A stretch of 34,490 nucleotides of DNA from an uncultured Caldisericota bacterium (GTDB taxonomy: Bacteria > Caldisericota > Caldisericia > Cryosericales > Cryosericaceae). The translations under genes were made by a program, and so were the position numbers. This document shows, piece by piece, positions 7,877 through 17,639 of the stretch. Each line of letters opens with the position of its first letter. Positions within the stretch are counted from its first letter, which is position 1. Location: positions 1 through 34,490 of the forward strand of contig CAYRQW010000001.1 of assembly GCA_964426505.1 (NCBI GenBank), written 5' to 3'. The notes below the pieces were generated by a model. The model saw only the letters and a program-made list of their open reading frames with translations. It made no database searches and had not been told where the DNA came from.

Positions 7877-9493
7877 ATGGACGCGAAACAGATCATCTAT
7901 AACGATGAGGCATATGAGAAGATTCGCACTGGCGTCGACAGACTGGCCAATACGGTCAAGGTTACGCTAGGGCCAAAGGGCCGCCACGTAGCACTCGAGA
8001 AGAAGTTCGGTTCACCGGTCCTGTCCGACGACGGCGTCAGCATCGCCAAGGAAATTGAACTGGCGGACCCAAACGAGAACATCGGTGCCCAGCTCGTCAG
8101 GGAAATCGCCCAGAAGACTGAGGACCAGGCCGGTGACGGAACAACCACGGCGACCGTCCTTGCCCAGGTCATGATTCAGGAAGGCATCAAGAACGTCACT
8201 GCCGGCGCAGACTCCGTTGCACTCAAGGCTGGCATGGACAAGGCGACGACCGCTGTCGTCGATGAACTCAAGAAACTGTCTCGCCAGGTCAAGACTCGGG
8301 AAGAGAAGGCTCAGGTTGCCACCGTGTCCTCGAAGATGCCCGCCGTTGGCGAGGCAATCGCAGACGCAATGGAGAAAGTGGGCAAGGACGGCGTTATCAG
8401 CGTCGAAGAGTCCCAGGGTCTTGAGATGAAGGTTGAGACCGTTGAGGGCATGCAGTTCGACCGCGGCTACATCTCGCCGTACCTCGTGACCGACCCCGAC
8501 CGCATGGAAGTCGTGCTCAAGAACCCTCTTATCTTCATCACCGACAAGAAGGTCACGTCCATCCAGGAGTTCCTGCCCGTGCTGGAGAAACTCTCCCAGA
8601 AGGGGCGTCCGTTCCTGCTCGTCGCCGACGACATCACGGGTGAAGCACTCGCGACCATCGTCCTCAACAAAGTGCGTGGCACGTTCTCATGCGTTGCCGT
8701 CAAAGCACCGGGATTCGGCGACAGGCGCAAGGCCATGCTGGAAGATATCGCCATCCTTACGGGCGGCAAGGTTCTCAGCGAAGACCTCGGCCTCACGTTC
8801 GAGAAGGTCACCGAGGACATGTTTGGTACTGCCGACGAAGTCAAGGTCGACAAGGACAACACGACTATTGTTGGCGGCAAGGGAGCCAAGGAAGAGATCA
8901 AGTCCCGCATCGGCCAGATCCGCAAGCAGGTCGAGGAGACCAAGTCAGACTACGACAAGGAGAAGCTTCAGGAGCGCCTGGCGAAGCTTGCTGGCGGCGT
9001 CGCTATCATCAAGGTCGGCGCACCCACTGAGACAGCCATGAAGGAACTCAAGCACAGAGTCGAGGATGCCGTCAATGCTACCAAGGCAGCCGTGGCAGAG
9101 GGCATCATCATCGGCGGCGGTGCAGCTCTCGTGAAGGCAGGACGGGCCATCGACGGCCTGAAACTGACTGGCGACGAGAAGACTGGGGCTGAGATCGTTC
9201 GCAAGTCTCTTCGCGAGCCGCTCAGAATCATTGCCGACAACTCCGGCTACGAGGGCGTCATTGCTGTCCAGAAGGTTCTTGAGGGCGACGACGATCTCGG
9301 GTTCAATTCTCTCAACAACAAGTTCGAGGACCTTTTCAAGAGTGGTATCGTTGACCCTCTCAAAGTCACGCGCCTCGCGCTGCTGAACGCAGAGAGCATC
9401 GCAAGCCTCCTCCTCTCGACAGCGGCCATGGTCACGACTGTTCCGAAGGCGGAGAGCTCGGCGCCTGCCGCTCCGGCTTATCCTGAGTACTAG
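7877..9493 (+). CDS. groEL: Chaperonin GroEL
   Basis: [52 protein letters not shown] 7877 chosen for its spacing from the AAGGAGG SD. Confidence 0.98.
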   Translation: MDAKQIIYNDEAYEKIRTGVDRLANTVKVTLGPKGRHVALEKKFGSPVLSDDGVSIAKEIELADPNENIGAQLVREIAQKTEDQAGDGTTTATVLAQVMIQEGIKNVTAGADSVALKAGMDKATTAVVDELKKLSRQVKTREEKAQVATVSSKMPAVGEAIADAMEKVGKDGVISVEESQGLEMKVETVEGMQFDRGYISPYLVTDPDRMEVVLKNPLIFITDKKVTSIQEFLPVLEKLSQKGRPFLLVADDITGEALATIVLNKVRGTFSCVAVKAPGFGDRRKAMLEDIAILTGGKVLSEDLGLTFEKVTEDMFGTADEVKVDKDNTTIVGGKGAKEEIKSRIGQIRKQVEETKSDYDKEKLQERLAKLAGGVAIIKVGAPTETAMKELKHRVEDAVNATKAAVAEGIIIGGGAALVKAGRAIDGLKLTGDEKTGAEIVRKSLREPLRIIADNSGYEGVIAVQKVLEGDDDLGFNSLNNKFEDLFKSGIVDPLKVTRLALLNAESIASLLLSTAAMVTTVPKAESSAPAAPAYPEY

Positions 9494-9518
9494 GACACTA
9501 CTGCTTCACTTGCCCGTT

Positions 9519-9555
9519 TGCAGAGACCCCGGCCTTCTCGGCCGGGGTCTCTGCA
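9519..9555 (+). terminator. Strong hairpin after groEL (terminator or 3' stabiliser; no U-tract)
   Basis: Perfect 16-bp stem TGCAGAGACCCCGGCC/GGCCGGGGTCTCTGCA, loop TTCTC. Confidence 0.65.
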
Positions 9556-9685
9556 TAGATGTACTTCGACACGAGCGCCGACAACCGCACCCCGAACACA
9601 TCAAGAAACCTTGAAAAAAGCCGTGACTGTGCTACATATATCTTCAGGCTGAACTAGGGCTAATTCTTTAGAGGAGGAAGAGAGA

Positions 9686-10909
9686 GTGAAGAAGCTGCTG
9701 ACAATATTGCTGGCATTCATGCTCGTCGCAGTCCTGTTTACTGGCTGCAAGAAGGCTCCCGTTGATGATGGTACCGGTGCCAAGTTCCATATCGGTGTCG
9801 TTACCGGCACAGTCTCCCAGTCCGAAGACGACCTCCGCGGCGGCGAACGCCTCGTGGAGCTGTACGGTAATTCGGCCGATGGTGGCATGATCACGACCGT
9901 GACCTACCCGGACAACTTCACGTCCGAGCAGGAGACGACGATCTCCCAGATAGTTGGCCTTGCCGACGATCCTCTCATGAAGGCCATTGTCGTCAACCAG
10001 GCAGTCCCTGGCACAGCTGAGGCTTTCAAGCGCGTGCGTGAGAAGAACCCGGACATCTTGCTCTTTGCCGGAGAACCACACGAAGATCCAAACGTCATTG
10101 AAGCTGCAGCCGATCAGGCCGTCAGCGCCGACAACGTCGCCCGCGGCTACCTTATCATCTGGGCCGCCAAGGAGATGGGTGCCAAGACGTTCGTTCACGT
10201 CTCGTTCCCTCGTCACATGAGTTACGAACTGCTGAGCCGCAGACGCTACATCATGGAGGAAGCGTGCAAGGATCTGGGTCTCAAGTTCGTCTTCGAGACT
10301 GCGCCTGATCCCACCAGCGACGTCGGTGTGGCCGGCGCACAGCAGTTCATGCTCGAGAAGACCCCCGCCTGGGTACAGAAATACGGCAAGGAGACTGCAT
10401 TCTTCTGCACTAACGATGCAGAGACCGAGCCGTTGCTCAAGCAGCTCATGAAATACGGCGGCCTGTTTGTCGAAGCCGACCTCCCATCACCCCTGATGGG
10501 CTATCCGGGAGCTCTCGGCATTGACCTCAAGGCTGAGCAAGGTGATTGGCCGGCCATCCTCAACAAGGTTGAAGAGGCTGTCGTTGCCCAGGGTGGCTCG
10601 GAGCGCTTCGGAACATGGGCCTTCTCCTATGGATACACAACAACTGCCGGCCTCGGCGAGTATGCCAAGCGCATAATCGAGGGTTCAGCGAAGTTGGGCA
10701 ACAATGCAGACCTGTTTGCCTCCTACGCGAAGTTCACGCCGGGCGTGACATGGAATGGATCCAACTACATGGACCTGAACACCAATACCGCATCACCCAA
10801 TCACGTACTGGTTTACCAGGACACGTACGTCTTTGGCAAGGGCTACCTCGGAACAACGAAGCAGACAGTCCCTGCGAAGTACTTGACGTTCAAAGCTCCA
10901 GGAGCATAG
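9686..10909 (+). CDS. DUF3798-type ABC substrate-binding lipoprotein
   Basis: Lipobox LFTGC; HIGVVTGTVSQSEDD, TYPDNF, SFPRHMSY, APDPTSDVGVAGAQQF and ADLPSPLMGYPGALG resemble DUF3798; first gene of an ABC operon. Confidence 0.8.
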   Translation: MKKLLTILLAFMLVAVLFTGCKKAPVDDGTGAKFHIGVVTGTVSQSEDDLRGGERLVELYGNSADGGMITTVTYPDNFTSEQETTISQIVGLADDPLMKAIVVNQAVPGTAEAFKRVREKNPDILLFAGEPHEDPNVIEAAADQAVSADNVARGYLIIWAAKEMGAKTFVHVSFPRHMSYELLSRRRYIMEEACKDLGLKFVFETAPDPTSDVGVAGAQQFMLEKTPAWVQKYGKETAFFCTNDAETEPLLKQLMKYGGLFVEADLPSPLMGYPGALGIDLKAEQGDWPAILNKVEEAVVAQGGSERFGTWAFSYGYTTTAGLGEYAKRIIEGSAKLGNNADLFASYAKFTPGVTWNGSNYMDLNTNTASPNHVLVYQDTYVFGKGYLGTTKQTVPAKYLTFKAPGA

Positions 10910-10922
10910 ACCGGAAACGACG

Positions 10923-11012
10923 ATATGGCGCCGGGGTACACAGCCCCGGCGCCATATTTGAAGGTAATGGGGTCCGGCAGAGGCGGCCCGAACGAAATTC
11001 GGGTCGCCCTGC
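10923..11012 (+). terminator. Two tandem intercistronic hairpins (partial terminator or mRNA stabiliser)
   Basis: 14-bp stem 10923-10936/10944-10957 and 11-bp stem GGCGGCCCGAA/TTCGGGTCGCC at 10982-11008. Confidence 0.6.
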
Positions 11013-11223
11013 AGTGGTTGGAGATCGTGCTTCAAGCAGGCGTGTCTAGTCGGGATTCCTTGCTTTCTGTCGCCGTGCCGTACTCGATGTGCGCCGCAGA
11101 CACCGTTGATTGACGCCTGTCGGGATCAGACTCCAGAATCGTGTCTGGGCCGACGGCCATCAGATGAACGACGGAGTTCGAGCGCAGCATCTCATGGCGA
11201 TCAATCTCTGAGAGGTGGTACTG

Positions 11224-12840
11224 ATGACCGAACAGCAGCCCCTGCTTCAAATGCAGGGCATCACCAAGGATTACTTTGGAAACAGGGTCCTGACCGACGT
11301 ATGTCTCGATGTCAACCGCGGCGAGGTGCTTGGTCTTGTCGGCGAAAATGGAGCTGGCAAATCGACCCTGATGAACATTCTCTTCGGCATGGGCGTCATT
11401 GCCCAGACTGGAGGATACACCGGCAAGGTTTGCATCGACGGCAAAGAAGTCGTCTTTCAGAATCCGTTCGACGCACTCAGAGCAGGGATCGGGATGGTTC
11501 ACCAGGAATTCTCGCTGATTCCTGGCTTCAGCGCCACGGAGAATATCCTCCTGAACGGCGAAATCCTTCATGATAACGTCGTCACAAAGGTCTTTGGTCC
11601 GCGCATGAAAACTCTCGATCTTCCAGAGATGCGTGCCGTTGCTGAGAGATCCATCGAGTTGCTGGGCGTCGAGATCAACCCCGACACTCTGGTCTCTGAG
11701 ATGCCCGTCGGCCACAAGCAGTTCACAGAGCTTGCGCGTGAGATCCATCGTCCCGAGATGAAGGTGCTTGTGCTCGATGAGCCCACGGCCGTTCTGACAG
11801 AGTCTGAGGCACAGGTTCTTCTGACTTCACTTCGCAGGCTTGCCGCTACCGGCATTGCGATCATCTTCATCACACACCGCCTGCAAGAGATCCTCGACAT
11901 ATGCGATCGTATAGTCATTCTCAGGGATGGGCAAGTCGTGAAAGAGGTTGCAACCGGCGACACTGATATCGGGCAGATCGCCGAACTGATGGTTGGCCGC
12001 AGTGTGAATACAAAGCCGATCACCACCGGAACACTCTACGAACAGCAGGAGACAATCCTGACCGTCAGCCATCTGTGGGTCGACATGCCGGGCGAAACCG
12101 TAAGAGATGTGAGCCTGGAAGTCCACAAGGGTGAGATCTTCGGTATCGGCGGGCTGGCGGGACAAGGCAAACTCGGTATCCCGAACGGCATCATGGGTTT
12201 GTACGCGGCGGGAGGCGAGATCACTTTGCACGGCAAGCCAATTCGCCTGAATGACCCTGCGGCAGCGCTGGCCGCGGGCATGGCATTCGTGTCCGAGGAT
12301 CGTCGAGGTGTCGGGCTGCTGCTCGAAGAAGCTCTCGACTGGAACATTGCCTTCAATGCGATGCAATCCCAGAACAAGTTCCTCCGCCCGCTTCTCGGAG
12401 GGTTCATCAAGTGGCGGGATGACAAGGCCATCCAGAGTGTAGCTCTGGAATACATCAAGGCCCTGGACATCAAGTGTACAGGCACCGACCAGAGAGCACA
12501 GGAACTGTCAGGTGGCAACCAGCAGAAGATCTGCCTCGCGAAGGCGTTTGCCGTGCAGCCGGATGTCCTGTTTGTCTCGGAGCCAACGCGCGGCATTGAT
12601 GTCGGCGCAAAAGCGCTCGTCCTGGAAGCGCTTCGCACATACAACCGCAAGAACGGCACGACCATCATCATGGTATCGTCCGAGCTTGAAGAGCTGCGGT
12701 CCATTTGCGACCGGGTGGCCATTGTCGACGAGGGACGTATTGCGGGCATCCTGCCCCCATCGGCCACGGCCAAGGAATTCGGCCTGCTCATGATCGGAGA
12801 ACTCAAGAGTGAAGAAAGCGAGGTGGACGGCCATGCATAG
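11224..12840 (+). CDS. CUT2-family (sugar/nucleoside) ABC transporter double ATPase
   Basis: GENGAGKS, VHQE, LDEPT and THRL in the first domain; EDRR, LSGGNQQK, EPTRGID and SSELEE in the second. GAGGTGG SD before ATG 11224. Confidence 0.93.
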   Translation: MTEQQPLLQMQGITKDYFGNRVLTDVCLDVNRGEVLGLVGENGAGKSTLMNILFGMGVIAQTGGYTGKVCIDGKEVVFQNPFDALRAGIGMVHQEFSLIPGFSATENILLNGEILHDNVVTKVFGPRMKTLDLPEMRAVAERSIELLGVEINPDTLVSEMPVGHKQFTELAREIHRPEMKVLVLDEPTAVLTESEAQVLLTSLRRLAATGIAIIFITHRLQEILDICDRIVILRDGQVVKEVATGDTDIGQIAELMVGRSVNTKPITTGTLYEQQETILTVSHLWVDMPGETVRDVSLEVHKGEIFGIGGLAGQGKLGIPNGIMGLYAAGGEITLHGKPIRLNDPAAALAAGMAFVSEDRRGVGLLLEEALDWNIAFNAMQSQNKFLRPLLGGFIKWRDDKAIQSVALEYIKALDIKCTGTDQRAQELSGGNQQKICLAKAFAVQPDVLFVSEPTRGIDVGAKALVLEALRTYNRKNGTTIIMVSSELEELRSICDRVAIVDEGRIAGILPPSATAKEFGLLMIGELKSEESEVDGHA

Positions 12841-13876
12841 TATCCGCAGATTCGTCGACAGAGCGGGCTGGCCTCGCATCATCATCGGCCTGCTGCTGCT
12901 GTCGCTTTTCATTGCAGCTCCGTCGGTGGGCGTCAGGGTCGACCAGTCGATTACCGACACGATCGTTCGCTTTGGCATGAACGGCATCCTGGTACTCGGA
13001 ATGATTCCCATGGTCCAGACCGGCTGCGGACTCAACTTCGGACTGCCCCTTGGCATTATCGCAGGGCTGCTCGGAGCGACCATCAGCATCGAGCTCGGCC
13101 TCACTGGTATTCTGGGCTTTCTGGGAGCCATCGGCCTTGCTGCCCCATTCGCCCTGCTCCTTGGCTGGGGCTATGGCAAGCTGCTGAACCGGGTCAAGGG
13201 CGACGAGATGATGATCGCGACATATGTGGGCTTCTCGTCTGTCTCGTTCATGTGCATGATGTGGATGCTGCTCCCCTACCACAGTCCAAAGATGATCTGG
13301 GGATATGGTGGCAGCGGACTGCGGACGACGATATCCCTTGAGGGATTCTGGATCCACATTCTCGACAATTTCCTGGCGATCAGGATAAGCCGCAACTTCA
13401 TGATCCCGACCGGCATGATCCTGTTCTTCGTGTTCATGGCCTTGATCATGTGGGCGTTCTTCCACACGAAGACGGGAACAGCGATGACCGCCGTCGGCTC
13501 AAACCCCGACTATGCACGTGCTGCAGGTATCAATGTGGACAAGATGAGGACCATATCTGTCATCATGTCCACCGTCTATGGTGCCATCGGCATCCTGGTC
13601 TACCAGCAGAGTTTCGGGTTCATCCAGCTTTACAACGGGCCGTTCTTCATGGCGCTTCCCGCCGTCGCGGCAATTCTCATCGGTGGAGCCAGCGTTAACA
13701 AGGCTAACATCACGAACGCTGTGATCGGCACGATCCTCTTCCAGGGAATCCTGACGATGACGCCGTCTGTCATCAATAGTGCGATTCAGTCTGATCTGTC
13801 TGAGGTTGTGCGCATCATCGTCTCTGACGGCATGATCGTCTACGCACTCACCCGAGTGACCAGGAAGTCCAGGTGA
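12833..13876 (+). CDS. ABC transporter permease (CUT2)
   Basis: Multiple TM helices, GLNFG, TKTG...AVG.N...A..AGI, AAILIGGA; overlaps the ATPase stop. Confidence 0.9.
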   Translation: MHSIRRFVDRAGWPRIIIGLLLLSLFIAAPSVGVRVDQSITDTIVRFGMNGILVLGMIPMVQTGCGLNFGLPLGIIAGLLGATISIELGLTGILGFLGAIGLAAPFALLLGWGYGKLLNRVKGDEMMIATYVGFSSVSFMCMMWMLLPYHSPKMIWGYGGSGLRTTISLEGFWIHILDNFLAIRISRNFMIPTGMILFFVFMALIMWAFFHTKTGTAMTAVGSNPDYARAAGINVDKMRTISVIMSTVYGAIGILVYQQSFGFIQLYNGPFFMALPAVAAILIGGASVNKANITNAVIGTILFQGILTMTPSVINSAIQSDLSEVVRIIVSDGMIVYALTRVTRKSR

Positions 13877-13880
13877 TACC

Positions 13881-14990
13881 ATGACAAAGAAAACCGGATT
13901 CAAGGATACTATCTCGCACTTCTTCATTGGCAACGCTGTCCCGATCATGTTCATAGTCTTGATAGCCATCGCGATTCCGCTGTCAGGATTCTCAACAGGT
14001 TACCTTATCGAGGAAATGGTGACGCGCGTGGGACGCGATTCGTTCCTCGTCCTCTCACTGCTTCTCCCCATCATGGCTGGCATGGGACTCAACTTTGGCA
14101 TCGTGCTCGGAGCCATGGCCGGCCAGATAGGGATCATCCTTGTCACGAACTGGGGGGTCAGCGGAGTAGGTGGCCTGTTCCTTGCCATGGCGGTCGCGAC
14201 GCCTCTGGCAGTACTGCTGGGCTGGATCGCGGGTGTCGTGCTCAATCGCGCCAAAGGACGAGAAATGGTCACCTCGCTTATCCTTGGATTCTTCATCAAT
14301 GGCGTCTATCAGCTGGTCGTGCTATACATCATGGGCAAGATCATCCCGATCTCGAACCCAGCCCTCATTCTTTCGCGTGGCTACGGAATCCGAAATGCTA
14401 TCGATCTCAAAGACATGCGTCAGAGTCTCGACAAGCTTATTCCGCTGAAGATTGACGGCATCACCATTCCTGTAGCCACATTCATCTTCATCGCCCTGCT
14501 GTGCGTGTTCATCTGGTGGTTTGCCAAGACCAAACTGGGTCATGACATGCGAGCCGTCGGTCAAGACATGAGCGTCTCCGAGGACTCAGGCATAAAGGTC
14601 GAGAGGACTCGCATCATCGCGATCATCCTGTCGACCGTCCTCGCGTGCTACGGGCAGATCCTGTTCCTCCAGAACATTGGAACACTGAACACTTACAACA
14701 GTCACGATCAGACAGCGACGTTTGCTGTAGCAGCACTCCTCATTGGCGGAGCCACCGTTGCCAAAGCGTCGATACCCAACGTATTCGTGGGCGTCATCCT
14801 GTTCCACCTGATGTTCGTGGTGTCTCCCATGGCAGGCAAGCAACTGATGGGTTCAGCCATGATAGGCGAGTATTTCAGGGTCTTCGTATCGTACGGCATC
14901 ATCGCGGTGTCCATCGTCCTGTATGCCTGGAAACGCCACAAAGAGAAGGAACGAGCGAGACGATCCTTGCGCGGGATAAGCGAACCTTAG
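13881..14990 (+). CDS. ABC transporter permease (CUT2), second subunit
   Basis: Multiple TM helices, GLNFG, TKLG..MRAVG, AALLIGGA. Confidence 0.9.
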   Translation: MTKKTGFKDTISHFFIGNAVPIMFIVLIAIAIPLSGFSTGYLIEEMVTRVGRDSFLVLSLLLPIMAGMGLNFGIVLGAMAGQIGIILVTNWGVSGVGGLFLAMAVATPLAVLLGWIAGVVLNRAKGREMVTSLILGFFINGVYQLVVLYIMGKIIPISNPALILSRGYGIRNAIDLKDMRQSLDKLIPLKIDGITIPVATFIFIALLCVFIWWFAKTKLGHDMRAVGQDMSVSEDSGIKVERTRIIAIILSTVLACYGQILFLQNIGTLNTYNSHDQTATFAVAALLIGGATVAKASIPNVFVGVILFHLMFVVSPMAGKQLMGSAMIGEYFRVFVSYGIIAVSIVLYAWKRHKEKERARRSLRGISEP

Positions 14991-15011
14991 CTTCCTCATT
15001 TCTGACCGTCT

Positions 15012-15051
15012 GAGAAGAAGGCTGTCGGCAAATGCCGACAGCCTTCTTCTC
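15012..15051. terminator. Long inverted repeat ending the ABC operon
   Basis: Perfect 19-bp inverted repeat GAGAAGAAGGCTGTCGGCA-AA-TGCCGACAGCCTTCTTCTC. Confidence 0.7.
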
Positions 15052-15106
15052 GCTCGGGATGCATGGCTGGGAGGCAGACGCCTCATGGACGCGGACCGAG
15101 GCGCTA

Positions 15107-15134
15107 TTGCGCCGGGGGTCCGGACCAATACAAT
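15107..15134 (+). promoter_or_regulatory. pgi promoter (TTGCGC-16-TACAAT)
   Basis: Hexamers at 15107-15112 and 15129-15134, 25 nt before ATG 15160. Confidence 0.6.
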
Positions 15135-15159
15135 GCTTGAGACAAATGGGGGTGTCGAC

Positions 15160-16572
15160 ATGGGCGGACTGATAGAACTGGACAGTGCGTGGGCGCTTGA
15201 TCGCATCGATCCCGCGGAGATCGACAGAGGAACGGCAGATGCCGCCCTTCAGTTGCAACTCCTGCTTGACAGAAAGGGCCCCGGCTCCAAATACGCGGGA
15301 TGGCTTGACCTCCCCGTCAACGCAGATGCGAGTGTTGTGACCAGGATCGAGAGTATCGCTGCCGGAATCCGCGGGCAGTCTGATACTGTGGTCGTCTGCG
15401 GCATTGGAGGCTCCTACCTGGGGGCTCGAGCGGGTCTGGAGTTTCTTGCCGGCGGCCATTCGCGCCCGGAGACCGAGAGCATGCCTGACATACTTTTCGC
15501 CGGGAACAGCCTCAGTTCATGGCAATTCCGAAGACTTCTGGACATGCTTGAGAACCGCCGTTTTTCTGTCGTTGTCATCTCAAAATCCGGCACGACCCTT
15601 GAGACAGCAGTTGCCTTCCACCTCCTGCGGACAGAACTGGTTCGACGGTTCGGCGTGGAAGAAGCACGCAAGCGCATGGTGGCGGTGACAGACCCTGAAC
15701 ATGGGACATTGCGCCGTCTTGCCGAGGACGAGGGTCTGGTCACGTTCGACATGCCTTGCGATGTTGGAGGACGCTATTCGGTACTGACTCCGGTGGGCCT
15801 TCTTCCATTCTCGATCGCAGGCATCGATATTCGGTCGATGCTGAAAGGAGCTGCCGATCAGCGCACTGCCAGCCTCAGCCTGCCCCCGACGGCAAACGAC
15901 GCGCTTCGATACGCTGTTGCCCGGCGCGTTCTTAATGCCGCTGGAAAGAGCATCGAGCTGTTCACAGGCTTTGAGCCCTGCCTGCACTACATCGGCGAGT
16001 GGTGGAAGCAACTATTCGGCGAGAGCGAGGGCAAAGACGGCAAGGGGATCTTCCCGGCGTCGGCTGACTTCACCACTGATCTTCACTCTCTTGGACAGTT
16101 TGTGCAGGAAGGAACACGCTCCATCTTCGAGACAGTCGTCGACGTAGCAGTCCCTGCCGACATCATGTTCCTCTGCGATGCCGATTCGCCCGACGGGCTC
16201 ACCTATCTTGACGGCCGGAACCTCTCTTCCATGAACCACGCTGCACGGACTGGCACGCTCCTTGCACACCACGATGGTGGTGTTCCCGTGCTCCAGCTGG
16301 CAGTACCCGATGTCTCAGAACACAGTTTTGGAGCAATGACATACTTCTTTGAGGTCGCCTGTGCAGTTGGGGGGTATATGCTTGGCATCAATCCCTTTGA
16401 TCAGCCCGGCGTAGAAGCCTACAAACGCAACATGTTCGCTCTCCTGGGTAAGCCGGGCACAGAGGATGAAGCTGCCGATCTCCACCTGCGACTCGCAGGG
16501 GCAAACAATCAGGATCGGCTTGAGTCAACCCCGAAGAGCGGCTCCATAGGACGTCAGACGACTCTAGGCTGA
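15160..16572 (+). CDS. pgi: Glucose-6-phosphate isomerase (Bacillus-type)
   Basis: GWLDLP, GIGGSYLGA, ISKSGTTLE, VGGRYSVL, QLFGESEGKDGKG, DLHSLGQ, NPFDQPGVEAYK. Start at ATG 15160 after a GGGGGTG SD. Confidence 0.97.
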   Translation: MGGLIELDSAWALDRIDPAEIDRGTADAALQLQLLLDRKGPGSKYAGWLDLPVNADASVVTRIESIAAGIRGQSDTVVVCGIGGSYLGARAGLEFLAGGHSRPETESMPDILFAGNSLSSWQFRRLLDMLENRRFSVVVISKSGTTLETAVAFHLLRTELVRRFGVEEARKRMVAVTDPEHGTLRRLAEDEGLVTFDMPCDVGGRYSVLTPVGLLPFSIAGIDIRSMLKGAADQRTASLSLPPTANDALRYAVARRVLNAAGKSIELFTGFEPCLHYIGEWWKQLFGESEGKDGKGIFPASADFTTDLHSLGQFVQEGTRSIFETVVDVAVPADIMFLCDADSPDGLTYLDGRNLSSMNHAARTGTLLAHHDGGVPVLQLAVPDVSEHSFGAMTYFFEVACAVGGYMLGINPFDQPGVEAYKRNMFALLGKPGTEDEAADLHLRLAGANNQDRLESTPKSGSIGRQTTLG

Positions 16573-17544
16573 GTAGACGGCCTGTCCCTCAAGAAGCCGG
16601 TCTGCGAGAAGGGCGGCTCCGACAGCGGCGGCGTCGTTCCTGTAGTGCGCCATGGCGAACTCGATGCCCTCAAACAGCCATGGGAGAGAACGTCGTTCAG
16701 CAACTCGCTTCATCCCGTCCATGAGCAGTCCCGATTCGGCGACGCCACCACCGAGCACGACCATGTCGGGGTCAAGCGTGTTGATGAGTGTTGCAGTCGC
16801 CCGGCCGAGATGACGCGCGGCCTGCCTGAAGGCTGCCTGGGCGAGCAGATCACCGTTGTGGGCGAAACCGGCGATACTCCTGGCTGATCCTGCGTCATCT
16901 AGCGTCATGAGACTCTTTGACCCTCGCGCCAACGCTCGCTGGACATATCGTTCGATGCCTGTTCCGGAGGCTACAGTCTCAAGGCATCCATGGCCGCCGC
17001 AACCGCACGCCAGACCCCGATCGACCATCGGACCGTGCCCTACCTCGCCTGCAAATCCATGGCGACCGATGTAGAGATGCCCGTCCACAATGAGAGCCCC
17101 TCCGACACCGGTCCCAACAGCGAACATCACGACGTTGCGGCGGCCCAGGGCAACGCCGCCGACCCACTCTGCGAAGAGTGCGCAGTTGGCATCGTTCTCC
17201 AGATACGCGGGAGTTCCGGTGGCTCTGGCGACGATGTCCGCTAATGCCACGTTCCTCACCCGGGGCATATTGGGCGAGAACAGCAGAATCCCACGTTTCT
17301 GATCAGCCATACCAGCACACCCTATACCGGTCGCTGCGATGACAGTTCCCGCATCGTGTGCACCCCTGAGGAGGTCACCCATTCCTTCCAGAATGAGTTT
17401 TGTGAACTCAGGGCCGGACCTGGCAGCGTACGGCAGCACTGTCTTGTGTGTCACGGAGCCACCAGACCAGAGGATGAATGTGACCTTGGTCCCGCCTACA
17501 TCGACACCGGCCACTGTCCGTGTTTCCGCTCTTGATATCTCCAT
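16564..17544 (-). CDS. ROK-family sugar kinase (glucokinase-like)
   Basis: GVDVGGTK ATP motif, ENDAN, GTGVGG, GEVGH, CGCGGHGCLE; no HTH. Confidence 0.9.
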   Translation of the reverse strand: MEISRAETRTVAGVDVGGTKVTFILWSGGSVTHKTVLPYAARSGPEFTKLILEGMGDLLRGAHDAGTVIAATGIGCAGMADQKRGILLFSPNMPRVRNVALADIVARATGTPAYLENDANCALFAEWVGGVALGRRNVVMFAVGTGVGGALIVDGHLYIGRHGFAGEVGHGPMVDRGLACGCGGHGCLETVASGTGIERYVQRALARGSKSLMTLDDAGSARSIAGFAHNGDLLAQAAFRQAARHLGRATATLINTLDPDMVVLGGGVAESGLLMDGMKRVAERRSLPWLFEGIEFAMAHYRNDAAAVGAALLADRLLEGQAVYSA

Positions 17545-17572
17545 GTTGCCAGCCCCTCAATCAGTTTTGTAC

Positions 17573-17582
17573 GTAACGTTAC
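17573..17582. promoter_or_regulatory. Palindromic operator GTAACGTTAC (LacI/GalR-family-like)
   Basis: Perfect 10-bp palindrome with a central CG, just downstream of the kinase promoter's predicted start site. Confidence 0.5.
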
Positions 17583-17592
17583 TATTCAGGTC

Positions 17593-17620
17593 ATTCTACG
17601 TTGGCAGCGGGAACTGTCAA
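17593..17620 (-). promoter_or_regulatory. ROK kinase promoter (TTGACA-16-TAGAAT)
   Basis: Reverse complements of 17615-17620 and 17593-17598. Confidence 0.75.
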
Positions 17621-17639
17621 GCCGGCAGGGCGAAGCACC

